Shown here: piece by piece, positions 24,839 through 38,130 of the stretch | How positions within the stretch are numbered: position 1 is the stretch's first letter | Layout of the letters: the number at the start of each line of letters is the position of its first letter | Assembly: GCA_973895155.1 (NCBI GenBank) | Contig: OZ316895.1 | Coordinates: forward strand, 8,668,184-8,732,183 | Origin: Marsupella aquatica | Taxonomy: Eukaryota; Plantae; Marchantiophyta | Length of the DNA stretch: 64,000 nucleotides | Direction: 5' to 3' | The notes under the pieces: generated by a model | Database searches by the model: none | Seen by the model: only the letters and a program-made list of their open reading frames with translations | Told to the model about the DNA's origin: nothing | Translations under genes and position numbers: made by a program

Positions 24839-26539
24839 CAGTGAGCCTCGAGATTGTCTTTCCTGCTGAATGATTGAAGCGGCATACTACTGTAGACTTC
24901 GTATTGGGAATTGGTACCACTATTTCGAGCTAGACTTCGTATTGGGAATTGGGACCACGAATTCGAGCAAAGGATTGCAGCTGGAAATGTAACGTCTGGG
25001 CAGAATTGCCGTGTCCGAATCTCTGCTTCCCTCCTAAATTCTCCAAAACTGTGAAACAAACCGAGTTCATGGCTGACAATTGTCCTGACTTTCTTGGTCA
25101 ACGGGGACTGCTTCCATGGTGCTTCGGTACTGTGTCTTAGCTGTCAATGCATCAAGCACGTACCCACGCGGAATGTGCTATGATCCAGAAGAAGAGCAAA
25201 GGGGTACAAGGACTTGATGGGAGCACAAGAAAAGCAGAAAGGAGACTTGATGGGGCCAGATTTATAAAATGCGGTCATTGGCTTCCCGCATCTTCTACTA
25301 TAAAGTTCACTGCTCTAGAGTTCTGAAATAGTTGAGCAAATCGTAACAGGTACTCACTGATGGTCTACAGGCCAGTTTTTCTAGTCTCTGCTCCCCAGCC
25401 TGACCCTATCATAATTCGGATGGTAGAGACATCCAGAATGACCTCGAGATTTGGAGCTCATATATCTCAAAAATCCTATCGTAATTTGGAAGGTAGAGGC
25501 ATCCGGGATGAGTCCAAGATTTGGAGATCATATATCTCACAATATTTTCAGAAAATCTTATTGAATACTCTATTTGCTGTCGATATAATTATATTCATGC
25601 CCAATCATGAAAATGTCCATGACCAACCCAACACTCGTGTTCAGTACTAGAACCATGAGGTTTCAAGCAAAAACAATTGAACCACCTAACAGTTCTACAA
25701 TAACACTTCCGACCACGGGAAGCAAACCGATGAAATTTCAATTCTTGTCATTGTTAAAGTCGCACAAGAATGACATTCACCTCATGACACATTACTCGGA
25801 TCTTTAGAATGCCAGCATCCATTTCTTACAAACAAATTGAACCAATAATTTCTATTCCAGAAAAGCACGTCCTGCGCCAAGTTTACTGATATGATAACAA
25901 CCAGATGGGAAGCCTCTACAATCAGTGCAATACTCATCTTCCAGTCCACTCCACTCCACTCAGACCACACGGTGGTTGAAGCAGGCGGCTATGAAAGAGT
26001 TCATAGGAGCATTAGTACCACTGTGCGGCTATACAAAATGCCACATCCAATGGTCGACAATAAACTCCGTACCATTTCATCTTTCGGTATCCTGCTTGAC
26101 CTATTCACTCGGTTACTCATACATAATCACAGCCACCACATTCAGCGTCAGCAGTCACACTTGGGATCGGACACATATCCTGCCAGCTACACACTGTCAA
26201 TGCTGATGATGCACCCTGCGGTACCCATTGATCCGCCTTCAAATGTTCAGAAACACTCTATTTACACTAAGAAGGGAACCACTCGTGATAATCCTTCAAA
26301 GCCAGTACAACCCACTGTACACATTTTACTCTTAAGTCTTGAACTGATTCTATCCTATATTCACTCCTCTACCTACCAATCCTTTCCAATTATTGGTGTG
26401 ACGATGCAGTGTTCTCTAGCACTGGGAACGTATAAATGGCACATGTCATGCTTAGTCAACCCTGAATGAACGTGCTTGAATGCAAGCCATCCCTCGATAG
26501 GAAGGATGTATAAGGGCTTCTAGCCATCCAGACCAAACC

Positions 26540-29500
26540 CTAAAAGTAGGAGTCAAGATACATGTTGGCATGGCTTCGGTTGAACTCCAATAAACTGCCA
26601 TAAGTGCGGTCTGCTACACCTACAAAGAGTGCCTCAGTGTCTGGGCTGAAGGAAATTCCTGCCACCTCTCCGAAGATATCTATTTCTTGGCTTAGACTGT
26701 AATCCTGCTTCGTATCAAAGATATGCACAAAATCTGCAGGTTCTGCCATCGCCATAAACCGACCATCTGACGAAAAACGAATTGAACGAATGGCACCTAT
26801 CCGCCCCTTCAAAACAGTCAAGGATTCGCTTAAGTTTCTAACATCCCACAGCCTGCATGTGGTGTCCTGGTTACCGGTGGCGAAAACATATCCATCTGGG
26901 TGCCATGCTGAAGCAAACGAATAATCTAGATGACCAGTGAGGTTTGCAATAGCCTGCCCAAAACAATAGAACGATGTCAATTCCAAGTCACTTGCTTTTC
27001 TACAGATCAAACGTATAGCATTTAATTGACTTACTAAAGCTACTATTGGCAGAATCTGTATTTCCTAATATCCAATTCTCAGGTTCAATTACACAACCTA
27101 CCTACTCCTACAATGAGGAAGAGGCAGGCACAGGAAGTACTACATGATGACATTACCTTTCCACTTTGCGTATCAGCCAGTAGTCCATCTGTATTATCAC
27201 CAACCACGACCACAAGTCTACCATCCGGACTCACCGATGTGTGCTGGAAAACCACAGAAATACACGGTCAGGGATATCCGTCCTGTATGAAGGAAAACTA
27301 AGCTGTAAGATCTACATCCATATGTGGATGTGACTATTCGAATTAGACTGCGCTAGTCACTTGAAAGAACTAACTCCAATCAGAGAACATCATGTAACAT
27401 AAACTATGTCTCTACTCTACCGACATGTTAGCCAAGGTCAATAATTCTCGAACCGAAGTGAGGAGGAATAGGTTTAACAATGTCTTGAAGCTAGTCCTTC
27501 TCGGACCAGCGTCTTTTGATCGGTAATCCTCCCTAATCTAGTTTCATCATAAGAGTGCGCGGTACTCACATTTACTGGCCACTTATATTCGAACTTTGCA
27601 AGAACAGAGAACATTTCACAATCAAACACCCGAACAACTGAATCGTTGTTCGAACTCATCAAACGAGTTCCACCACTGGGAAAGAAGAAAAAACAACAAC
27701 TAATCAGTGAATTGAAGGGAAGGTAACGCAGACTGGTAGCAATGCTAGCAAACATTTAGAAAAGCCATCTGCGTCTGGCTCCAACAGAACCCGAGCCGTC
27801 CATCATACCTCAAAGAAAAATTGGTTCGCATCCTCGCGAGAAGAAACCTTTTTCGACAAAAACCCGTTAGTAACAATCAGATTGAAAAAGTAACATCTGC
27901 ATGAGCTTACCTGGCATCATCATAGATCTCAATGGCATTCGTAATTGCATTCTCATCATGAGTGATTTTTGCACAGTAAGCGACACCAGGGCGACTCAAA
28001 TTCTGAAAGGACAAGACTCGGTCAGTTTCCTGAATGTCAATATCCAATATCATGTGCTGAAACCAACAGCATACATAGTCGGTCCATAGGATCAATAAAA
28101 AGTATTATCAAATCCGAAGCGTATGAATTAAATGGAGGATGACCAAAGGCAACATAGCAGACCCACCGTGCCAAACGAACTTTCAAAATTAAAGGGGAAA
28201 AGAATTCTCACCTTGCAGACCATTTCTCCGTGGAAGCCTCCAGCGACAAGAAGGTTGTTTTTGACGCACATGGTGCTAATCTGAACAGGCCCTAAGCCTT
28301 GCTGATGATATGCCCATGGGTTTTTTTTAGCCTACACCATTACAGATTGAAAATTGAGACTGAGGCCATTCATCCGCTCATTGAAGAACATTGAAATGAC
28401 AAAACTGTCAGGCGATCTCCAAAAATAACATCCAGCTTAGAATTAGTTAGTCTACAAGATGCTATCCATCCAGATTCAACTACGACTATCGAAGATAATG
28501 ATTTCAAAAGACTTACCTCATTCACTGAAACTACCCGTTCAGAAACATTGAGCACCTCAGTACTTTTCCGAGTCATTGGAGACCAATGCATAACCAAAAA
28601 ATTGTTCATCAGGTAAACGTCATGTTTCGATGTTGCCCACACCAAGTTCCTGAGCTGATATTCACCGAAGATATAGAAAAAGTCATTCACAGTTCAGCAA
28701 TCACGTTAATCAGCATTTTGACAGATAACGCTCTGCTCACACATACGATATATGCAATTTGAGCACATTCCTCTGGTGCCCAGGAGTGCAAACTAACGTT
28801 CACTGTACTGATCCCATTCAATGAGAATACTTCAGTATGAATCCCCGACAAGGTCTCTTGCGGAGAATACCTGAAAGTGTACATATGTCGATTTCACAGA
28901 GCGAGTGTTGTGTCGGAACTGGTAGAACTTTCCTCCCTTCTTGAACGGTTTGCACTCCTGCTTCATTACAAAGTTGAAGAAACAAACAATTTCAGAACAC
29001 CCATTTCCGCATTTTTATATCTCCTAGCATTCTTTAGAAACACCGTAAGCGTCTGCACAATGAAAAAGAGTTCCACTAAAGATAGGCGTACAATACTCGC
29101 AAGGCTCCTGAATGTATTCAACCGCTTACTTTGTCTAGCTCCTCATGAGATCGATTAAGATTTTCGTAGTTCTTGTACTGGAGTAACCTTTGTTCCCTGT
29201 ACTTCTCTCTTGTGAATTGTAATATCCTCCATGGTATCCCCTGGATGTCCTTCCCACGCCTAGCTTCAGCTGCCGTGGTGTCTGAGACATTTGTTACCTG
29301 GACATTGGTTGCAAGCCGCTAATTAAGATGAGGTAATTGAACACATTCTCTGGCAAAACAAGAAATTAAAGAGAACAATCGGGATCGTGGTTGGCTCCAT
29401 GCTAATTGCGAGATATATCCAACAAGTAAGGAATCCCATTATTTCCAGTCATGAAGAAGAACGGAATGCACAGACGTAACCCAGTAACAGAGCCCCATCG

Positions 29501-30183
29501 ACAAAGGCTTTCCTTCGAGCAGCGTCTAACGGCAATAATTTCGCGTGCCACTAGACCGCAACTAGAACCGTTTCAAATACATCACATCTGACTCTACGAA
29601 CCGCACCTACTGCCAGCCTCCAAGACTGAAAGTGCACTGAAAATTAAACTAGTGAACCGATGGTGAGGGCACTAGTCCAGACAGCACCCCAGAAGAGGCT
29701 CACTGAACTGCTCGTCTACTTTGCGGAAACTGCCGAGAGGAAATCGAAGTAGCAAAACTATATTTCGGACGACCCCACTAACACACCTAAAAACTGCGAA
29801 AATGATGCAATGAATTGCGTTTCTCGAATTTGATTGGGAAACGAGGGCTACGTACTCAAACTCTCAACGGTATGCAGGCCTCGTTGCATCGGCATACAAT
29901 TCAATACTTAAACAGAAATCTAGAACCTATCTCAAAAGAGACCTACCGGTCATGGCTGGGTTGCTACACAGCCGACGCACGGAGCACGGATTCAAAAGGA
30001 ACCCAGACCACAATACTTAGCCATAGGGACATAGAAGACTACCTCATTGTCATCTTCGTCGGAGTCTGTCTCCAAGGAAACTCGCTCACGCGCCTGAAGA
30101 ATCTCATCCGCGTCATCGTCGACATCAATCGCATCGTAATCGTCGACCATGTAGTCATACACATCATGGTCCACTTGAGCCAT
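26540..30183 (-). CDS. WD40-repeat protein of the conserved C2A9.03-like/DUF2415 family; 9 exons, ~450 aa
   Basis: Exons 30043-30183, 29130-29297, 28871-28957, 28517-28654, 28212-28331, 27911-28002, 27570-27675, 27157-27243, 26540-26953 (1353 nt, in frame). Motifs GKDIQGIPW, QYKNYEN, HFQLRNLVWATSKHDVY, GHLDYSFASAWHPDG, ATGNQDTTCRLWD, AEPADFVH. Confidence 0.9.
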
Positions 30184-30914
30184 TCGGAAGGCTCAGGGGT
30201 TTCCGAAACCCAACAGCTCCTCCTTTCTTGCTCAGAATAACCTCCTGCCTACCTCCCCACATTTAACACAAGTACGTCTCAGGTAAAGTTTAGGTCAAAC
30301 ATCGACACAACACCTCCCCGCTGAACAAGTGAAACCAAAACCTAACTCCTCCAGACGCGCTCAACCTCTATTGCCCAGTACAAATATCTTTTTCCACCCG
30401 TTACACTGATTAGGTCAACAAGCCGTTCTTCCTCTCACGATACCTGCGAGGTCACAAAGGAATACATCGACACATCGAAGACGTTTTCGAGAAATTGAGC
30501 CACGAACTGCAATTACCTTTCCACCGCCACACCCGGCCTAGTCTACTCTAATTTATTTTTAAAACTAGCATCCACCTTTCCCAAAGCCTCACGCCACTCA
30601 CCCCCAAACATCATCGTACCAACCATCTCCGCCTAGGACCCAACTCGTCAAAAACCGACAGCTTGCACGAAACACGGTGCCATACAGAGGATATGAGAGA
30701 ATCACAAGAAAGTTGCAGAATTGCAGGGGGTAATTGGACAATTGCCCGAATCAGGGCAAACAAACGTGTGAAGTAGAAAACTCACAATCCCCGTAAAGAC
30801 TGGACGACGAAGAGATCGGATCCGTCATGCCCAAAATCATCAATCACCGGAGAGGCGGAGGAGGCGAAGAAGGCAACATGCGGCCCGGCCAAACCGGATT
30901 GAGCAACAACGATC

Positions 30915-31030
30915 GACTCCACTCCACTCCACTCAACTCCACTCCACTCAACTCAACTCAACTCGACTGAACTGGACCGCACTGGACTGGACTGGACTGG
31001 ATTGGATTGGATTCGATTCGCTTCGATTCG
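30915..31030. repeat. Compound pentanucleotide microsatellite (ACTCC/ACTCA/ACTGG/ATTGG/ATTCG) in the WD40 gene leader region
   Basis: Directly visible graded 5-bp periodic tract. Confidence 0.85.
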
Positions 31031-31570
31031 TCCCGATTCCCCTCGACTGGCCTTGACTGGAATCGTACGAAGAAAGAGGAAAGAGAGCAGAAAAAAAAGC
31101 TGGGGCCCAAATGAAACCTCGCAAAAAGGACTACCGCGGTCAAGCAATCAAGCGAGCGAGCGAGCGAGCAAGGAAGGGTCCGGTCCTGAGGAAGCAAAGC
31201 TCTCGCAGACGGGAAGCAATTGCGGTCGGGAACCGAACGAGTAGCGTCGAAAGCGTGAAGAAGTCGCAGAGTACCAGAGCGATGGCGAGGGGACTACAGC
31301 ACACTGCACTACGACTGTCGGACATAGGACAGGAGAGAGAACGAACGAAAGGAAAGGAAAGGAAGAAAAACAACCGACGAAGACTTTGCTTCGAGAGCAC
31401 TCGACGGGCCGACCACAAAAAGCTGGTCCAAATGTCTGCCCCTGCTGCCCTGCCCGCCTATCCTGCCCGCCGATCCTGCCCGCCCGGGTTTAGTTTAGGG
31501 TAAACCCGATCCAGCGTAGTTTTCAATTTTTAAGGTTTCTTCCTTTAAGTCTCCCTAGATTTGAGGGTAA

Positions 31571-31769
31571 CCGTCAAATTCTGATTAAGGGGGTCTGTGA
31601 TTAGGGATGTCAAACCGCTAATGGAAGACTTTCCAAAGTGAGGTAGAGTGATGTGCTGTTGATCCTCATCCGTCAAATTCTGATTAAGGGGTCTGTGATT
31701 AGGGATGTGAAACCGCTAATGGAGGACTTTTCAAAGTGAGGTAGAATGATGTGCTGTTGATCCTCATCC
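31571..31769. repeat. ~99-bp near-perfect tandem duplication
   Basis: CCGTCAAATTCTGATTAAGGGG...GATGTGCTGTTGATCCTCAT occurs twice. Confidence 0.9.
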
Positions 31770-33044
31770 ATCTATATCTATACTATAATTTACAGTTGAG
31801 GTTTATCTTAGATCAAACTTTCTTTGGTAACAGAAAAGTTTGATATATATAAAATGTCTATGGGTTTTGAGTAGGGAAGGGCATGCTAGGGAGTCTGGGG
31901 ACCGGGAGCACTTCCTTTGCATACACATGGGTATTGAGGCTAGTGTTCATTGATGGGTCTTTAGATAACCTTTGTCCTGTATCTGGCCTCCATAAATTTT
32001 TCTCACATCTAGGAACTCTCATAGCCCTAAACGTTTGATAAAATGCCTGGAGGGACCAGTGAAATATGGACCGTAGGAAAGCCTTGTTTTTACTCAGATA
32101 GCACTTTTTCTTTGGATCAAAAATCCACTGATAGTTTAATTGGTAGAAGTGTAGAATAGTACCTTGGTCCATCCGGGTTCCAAGCATTATTGCTTTCCAG
32201 ACCTAGTCTAGATCATTCCTATAACCCCTTTTGTACTTTTTCTTTTGTATATCTATGGATGGATAGCTATGAGTCATCACTGTCTCCCCCCCCCCCCCCC
32301 TCCTACAAGCCTGGCCTCGGGGTTATGAGATTTTGGCCCCCCAAGCTAGAGTAGCTCCCCTCAGGGTTATCAATTTTCAGGTTGTAAATAAGTTAAAACT
32401 ACACTTGGGGCTAATGCTTGTGAATCCATGATCACTTGAGGGCCATGGGTATAACCCATCTGTCTCATTGCCCTTGAGTATTACATCCCATAACCCCCTC
32501 ATGGCCATGGGTTACCTTCCACAAAACAAAACAAAAACATAGAGATTTGCTTGATGGACCTCGTGCCTGATCCAACCCTTGATAGACCTGTACCCAAAGT
32601 CTCATGGGGTTGGTTTGTGAGCAAACTTGGTTTAGGGGTCCATCAAGCAATTTTCTCACAAAAACACAACTTAAAAATTATAAAAAAAACCATCTGCCCC
32701 ATATCTTGGGCCCATAAATTTGGAGGAGATCATCCAAAAGAGCTGCCCGCTGGGCAGCCTGGGCTCGTACGCCGATGGCATCTGTCAATTGGTCATGGTA
32801 CGTGATGATGCGATGGGCCGGATAACATTTTTCTCTGGCATTTCCGTCGTGCATGGATGGATCGTCATCCATCGGGAGTGGCCCATGAGTCATTCATTAG
32901 TACAGGCGCAGGACACGATGGTGGGGACAGTGCAGTAATAATAACTAATAAGGGACTAGGAGTCTAGGACGGGCAGGCGGTGCCCGCGGCGACACGCCAC
33001 GGCGAAGGTGCCGGGTAGCACAGGGAAGGGGAGGCGCGGGAAAG

Positions 33045-33915
33045 GTTAATTTTAGGGCAGCGCTTGTGGCGGGCAGCAGGATAATTCTAGCGGGTTTTCT
33101 GGCGGGTAGCGTATTTGAGGGCGGGCAGCAGGGTAGGTTTAGCGGGTTTTCTGGCGGGTAGGGTATTTGAGGGCGGGCAGCAGGGTAACTTTTAGGGGTG
33201 TTTCTTTGTGGCCAAGGTGGTTAATAATGCACAAGTGTGTGAAAGAGAAGATGCTACAAATATTCCATATATATACTCACGGGGTATTTCTTTTTGGCCA
33301 AGGTGGTTAATCTCACCTTGTGTGAAGAGAAATACTACGAATACTATACAAGATATATCTATCCCACCTGTGTAAACTTTTATGGATTTTCTTTTTGGCC
33401 AAGGTGGTTAATGCTTCTTGTGTGAAGAAGCAGCAGCTAAGAAACTTCTATATCTAACCCAGGATAATTTTTAAGGGTTCCCTTTGGCGAAGGTGGTTAA
33501 TCTCACCTTGTGTGGGAGAAAAGATGCTAAGACTGTTCTACATCTATTCCACTGGTAATTTTATTTTATTTTTGGCCAAGGGTGTTGTTGTCATCGTGTG
33601 TGAACGAGAAGATGTTACCAATATTCTATAACTAACAAGCAGGGCTTGGTAATTATTAGGGGTTTTTCATTTTGGCCAAGGTCGTTAATGCCATTTTTGT
33701 AAGGAGAAGATGCCAAGAATTTTGTATATCTAGCCAGCCAGGGACTTTTTGCGGGTGTTCTTTTTTGGCTAAGGTGGTTAGTGCCATCTTGCCTGAAGGG
33801 GAATATGCTAAGAATGTTCTAGATCTAATCAGACAGGGTGATTTTTAGGATGTTTCCTTTTGGCCAACTGAAGGAAGTTAATGTAAAATGTGTGAAGGAG
33901 AAGATGCTACAAATA
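33045..33915. repeat. GC-rich ~50-bp repeats grading into a ~90-100-bp degenerate tandem array (~8 units)
   Basis: GCGGGCAGCAGG.TA units at 33069-33190. TTGGCCAAGGTGGTTAAT...TGTGTGAAG.GAAGATGCTA anchors near 33209, 33295, 33397, 33485, 33573, 33673, 33766 and 33861. Confidence 0.85.
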
Positions 33916-36767
33916 TTTAGATGGTACAAGATATTTAGATGGTACAAGATGGGGATACTTGGTCTAGATGGTAAAAATGTTTAGATGGTACAAGATGCTA
34001 CAAATATTTAGATGGTACAAGATGGTAGCGAGGACAAATTACGAGATCTGCTAGATTTAAGATAGCATGGGGTCTATGGCTACAAAGGTTTGCCAAAAGT
34101 GAGTGAGAGTTTTCACTGGATGAAGTACTTTCGCAAATTTGTGCACCTACAATAAACCGGCTGAACAGGTTAATTTGAATGTAGCGCCAATGGCAAGCAG
34201 CCGATTTGAGTGCAGGGGGACTGGGAGTTTGGGAAGGCAGCAGGGTAATTGGGGGGGGTTATATCCAATGTCTCCTTCTTTTCCTCCCAAACAAGTCAAA
34301 ATTGTGAGCCTGTCCCAGAATTAGGTAATTCTAGGTTGACATGTAATAACAAGTGGAGACTCAAAATTTGTCCTCGCTACCATCTTGTACCATAAAAGTG
34401 GACAAAATGAGGGGCACTGAAATGTGATGTTTTGATTGCAGACAATAGTTGACACCCAAGTTCCGGTGAGTATTGGATGGAGATACTTGGTCTAGTGTAA
34501 CGGTATGATTGGAGAGGGTTGGGCTAATCCTGAGCTGTCATTTGTCCATTGTAGGTTAGTATGGTCAAGTTAAGCCAACCCATATACATCGCGGTAATTA
34601 AATTAACTTTGGGGGTAGGTTAGTAATTCCAACCAAGCTGGGAAATAGGAAATAGTTTGTCTTTTTTTATCCATGATATATGGAGAATGTCACCATGCGT
34701 GAAGGAGAAGATGCTCAAATACTTTTTTCATCTGATTATCCTAGTTAGTTTTTGACTGCTAGATGGTCCTACATTTATTTAAGGATAATAGTCAGATTCC
34801 TTGGCAAGGGGAAGTTAGTGCATATTTTGGGAAACCACATGCAACCATAGTCTATTCTAAATAATTATTCTGATTTGACAAAAAGAATTTTAGAACCTCT
34901 TTAATAATATTTGCCTATCTTCCTTCTAAAAGGCATCTTATGGAATATTCTATAAATTTGAGATTATAGTGCCCTATTTTGCCACATATACTTTGTAAAT
35001 GTTTAACTAATTTCCATAAAAAATACACGTGTTGTATATGATGTGGTTTTGTCTGGGGTTTTGTACAGTTTTTGACAGCAGATCAGCCAAGTCAGATTCT
35101 AGCAGCAACAGGGTCTGTGGTTAGATGGGAAACTCCCTAACAGAAGATTTCTGAATCCTCCATTTCTTAACCCAGGTTTGAATTGCATCTCAACTGACCT
35201 TCTCATCTGCACAGACCTTCTCATCTGCACAGACCTTCTCCACCTATGCCCTAGTCACTCTTGACATCAGCCATTGCTCTGGACTGTACACACACCTTTT
35301 GTCAGCCTCTATTTCTTTACCCAGGTTTGAACTGGCCTTCTCCAGCATACCAAGGTGGCACATGGGCTCTTGTCATGCTCTCAACATCCGCCATCACTCT
35401 CAACTGTACACACACTATTTTCTTCTTGCTCAAACTTCTTTGCATGCTGCTCTTGACTGTTACATGTGTTACCTGGTTTGTTTGTTTGTTTGTTTGTTTG
35501 TGTGTTTGGTGGTTAAATCAAGGACCCATGTGATCAAAGACACAAGTTGTTGAGAGTAGACAACTCTGACTTTGGTTAAAAGGAATGAGAAAGTGTGTCG
35601 AACATTTCTGGATAAAGTGATGACATGATAATCAAATGATTTCTTGAGTACATAAGATTTGAGCCTCAGCATTACTCTCCTGACAACCATACAGCAAAGT
35701 GAAAACTAATAGGAGGAAAGTTTATCAGGACAACTCACATGCATGCATGATTTTGAGAGCTGCCACCTCTTGGACTTTGAGCAATTGAGCCTAGCTACAA
35801 TACTGTTGTTAGTAGTAACCTGGTTTGTGGACTTGGGCAGCAAAATTATTTTAAAATGTACGATCAATTTTAGGAATCTGGCCGCAGAATTTTTTTCCAG
35901 CCAAATTTCTGAGATGCCACGCTGTCAAAACATGTGTTTGCAATCTTTGTCCATGGGAAAATAAGTTCTCCAAAGCATTTTGCCCCATATCATTTTTTCT
36001 GGCTTCTGCTTCTGGATTTTGATTTATCCCTGATTTGCCCCATAACATATTTTCCAGGGCTGACGTGTCTGCAGCATCTAATTTGTGCACTGGACTCCAG
36101 AATGTTTCATTATATATGCTAAGCATGAACCTGGGTATTCCATTTCTGACAATAGTAGGCAATGTAGCTCCAAACAAATGGTTCACATCAAAGATTCTCC
36201 TATGATGATGACAGGGCAACTTTCTCTATATATAGCATGTTCATCTTGGAACATGCCTCTATTTTTGTCTTGTAGTGATATGTAATTCGTTTGATTTATT
36301 TTATGATAAAAGAAGTAGATACATGTAAACTATATGCCAATAAATTAATATCTGTTAATTAAGAGTAAATGACATCAAAGATTGAGTGACACCTTTCACA
36401 TGCCAAAGAAACACATTATGACCAAGAAAGTACTAAGGTACTAAAGAGTTGTGCACATACAGTACATATTTGCACTTGCTTCTAGGTAGGGACAATCAAC
36501 TCAATTAAACCCATAAATTTTGCAAAGGAAACCATGAGGGGAACTTAATACACAAGATGTGCAGATTGTTCAAATCATTTGTCTCACTCTCATGAGAAAA
36601 AAGCTAAGGAGTGATTGAAAAGGTAAAATTAAACATTTAGGAGGGGAGCAAAATATATTCAAAATACTCTAAATTCACTAAAATTAAAAGGGGTCTAAAA
36701 GTTAATTCAAAATCAAATTAATACAAATGATTCACCTTGTTAAGGCAAATTCAAATATTGAACACAA

Positions 36768-36892
36768 AATATGAATTCAAATATTGAACACAAAATATGA
36801 ATAAGACAAAATCTAAAAGATGGATTCACCATATTCAAATATTGAACACAAAATATGAATAAGACAAAATCTAAAAGATGGATTCACCATAT
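36768..36892. repeat. Short tandem duplications (ATTCAAATATTGAACACAAAATATGAAT x3; ~57-bp unit x2)
   Basis: Directly visible. Confidence 0.85.
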
Positions 36893-37251
36893 AGCAGTTT
36901 ATGACTCTACTTACTGTACTCCACAATACAAATTTACAATGGGGTGAATTGTTGTTGCAAAATTACTTCTAGGCTGGTTCCCACATTAATTTTGGCCTGA
37001 CACATGGGAATAGAAGGAGTACCCTCCCAAGATGGGGTCCACAAGAATACAACTTACTCTGGGGCCTCAGGAGTGTCTTCCCCAGCATATTGCACTATGG
37101 TGCTATTTGGGTTTCCCCCATAAGTGACCATTTGAAAAGTTTCTGAACATTAGAATATGAGACATCTTTGACAAATTCCTCACATGACAATGAAAAGCTT
37201 TTAGAACTCCCATTAGAATTACAATGCATACATAAATTAGTAAAATAATTT

Positions 37252-38130
37252 CTTTCATCCTCTCCAGTATCCTCTCTTAGACACCTGGAACAGTCCAGGT
37301 TTGGATTCTTTCTTGGGGATGGAAATGAGTAGGAGGGTGGCTTCAAACCAATCGGACCATCCCTCATCCACGGATGTCTTCAAAGGAGTTCTTGACAATC
37401 ATTCGTCTTTGTCTGGGAATGCCCCATCCTCTTCTTGTAGGGTTACCCTAGCTTGAGTTTACCTACTTAATGCACATATGGGAAGTCTTGTGATGCCACA
37501 AGGGTCCATCTTCTTTGGTGTAGTTTGGAAAGTGAAACCATAGTTGTTCATGATGCGGTGAGGGATGCTACTGCTCAGGTTCTCTCTAGGTCTTTGGTAC
37601 ACATGGGGTGGGAGGTGGTGCTCGAGATACCTGGTCCTCCACCACGGCAATTATGGGTTGATCTTACCATGGTCCGTGATGGTTGGCGTACTTTGGCGGA
37701 TGTTATGGTAGCAAACCCTTTGTGCTAGAACATGATCAAGATAGCGGCAACAATGGCAGGGGCAACGGCATCCCAAGCGCCCACGAAAAAGGAGGCAAAA
37801 TATGCCACTCAAGCTTCATCTGATACATTCTTCCCCCTTACTATTGAAATATTTGGGCATCCTCATCATCTGTTTGATGGGCTTTTTCAACAGGCTGCTT
37901 GTGATATTCATGGATGAATGGATACCTCTAGCCATCTTGGCCACACACTTTTGTTAGCGCATTTCAATGGCCTTATAGCGTGCCCAAGCTCGAGCAATTT
38001 AGCATTGATCCCTCATAGTGGGCGCTACTATGCCTCTGCAAATGCTAGCCCCTCTAGAGGGATATTCCTGTCCCACTTGCTGATTAGTTAGGACATTGGA
38101 TATGGACCATTAGCTCTTGCTACATTTGTT
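37252..38130 (+). mobile_element. Degenerate 5'-truncated copy of the CRE-like non-LTR retrotransposon (zinc knuckle/RLE region)
   Basis: Colinear with about 54220-55095, e.g. peptide ETIVVHDAVRDATAQVLSRSLV...VDLTMVRDGWRTLADVMVANPL versus ETIFVHDAVRDATAQVLSGSLV...VDLTMVRDGHRTLADVVVANPL. Multiple stops and frameshifts. Confidence 0.92.

Noticed and set aside
25891-26469. 192-aa plus-strand ORF
   Set aside because: Lies antisense to the WD40 3'UTR region; composition is not protein-like and no domain was recognised.
33200-33915. CRISPR-like look: conserved TTGGCCAAGGTGGTTAAT with variable intervening sequence
   Set aside because: The intervening parts are homologous to each other (degenerate tandem units), the repeats are not identical, there are no cas genes, and the context is eukaryotic.
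35500-36250. Possible decayed SWIM/MULE transposase fragment (DCKHM on the minus strand)
   Set aside because: A single short motif amid frameshifts and stops; insufficient without a profile search.
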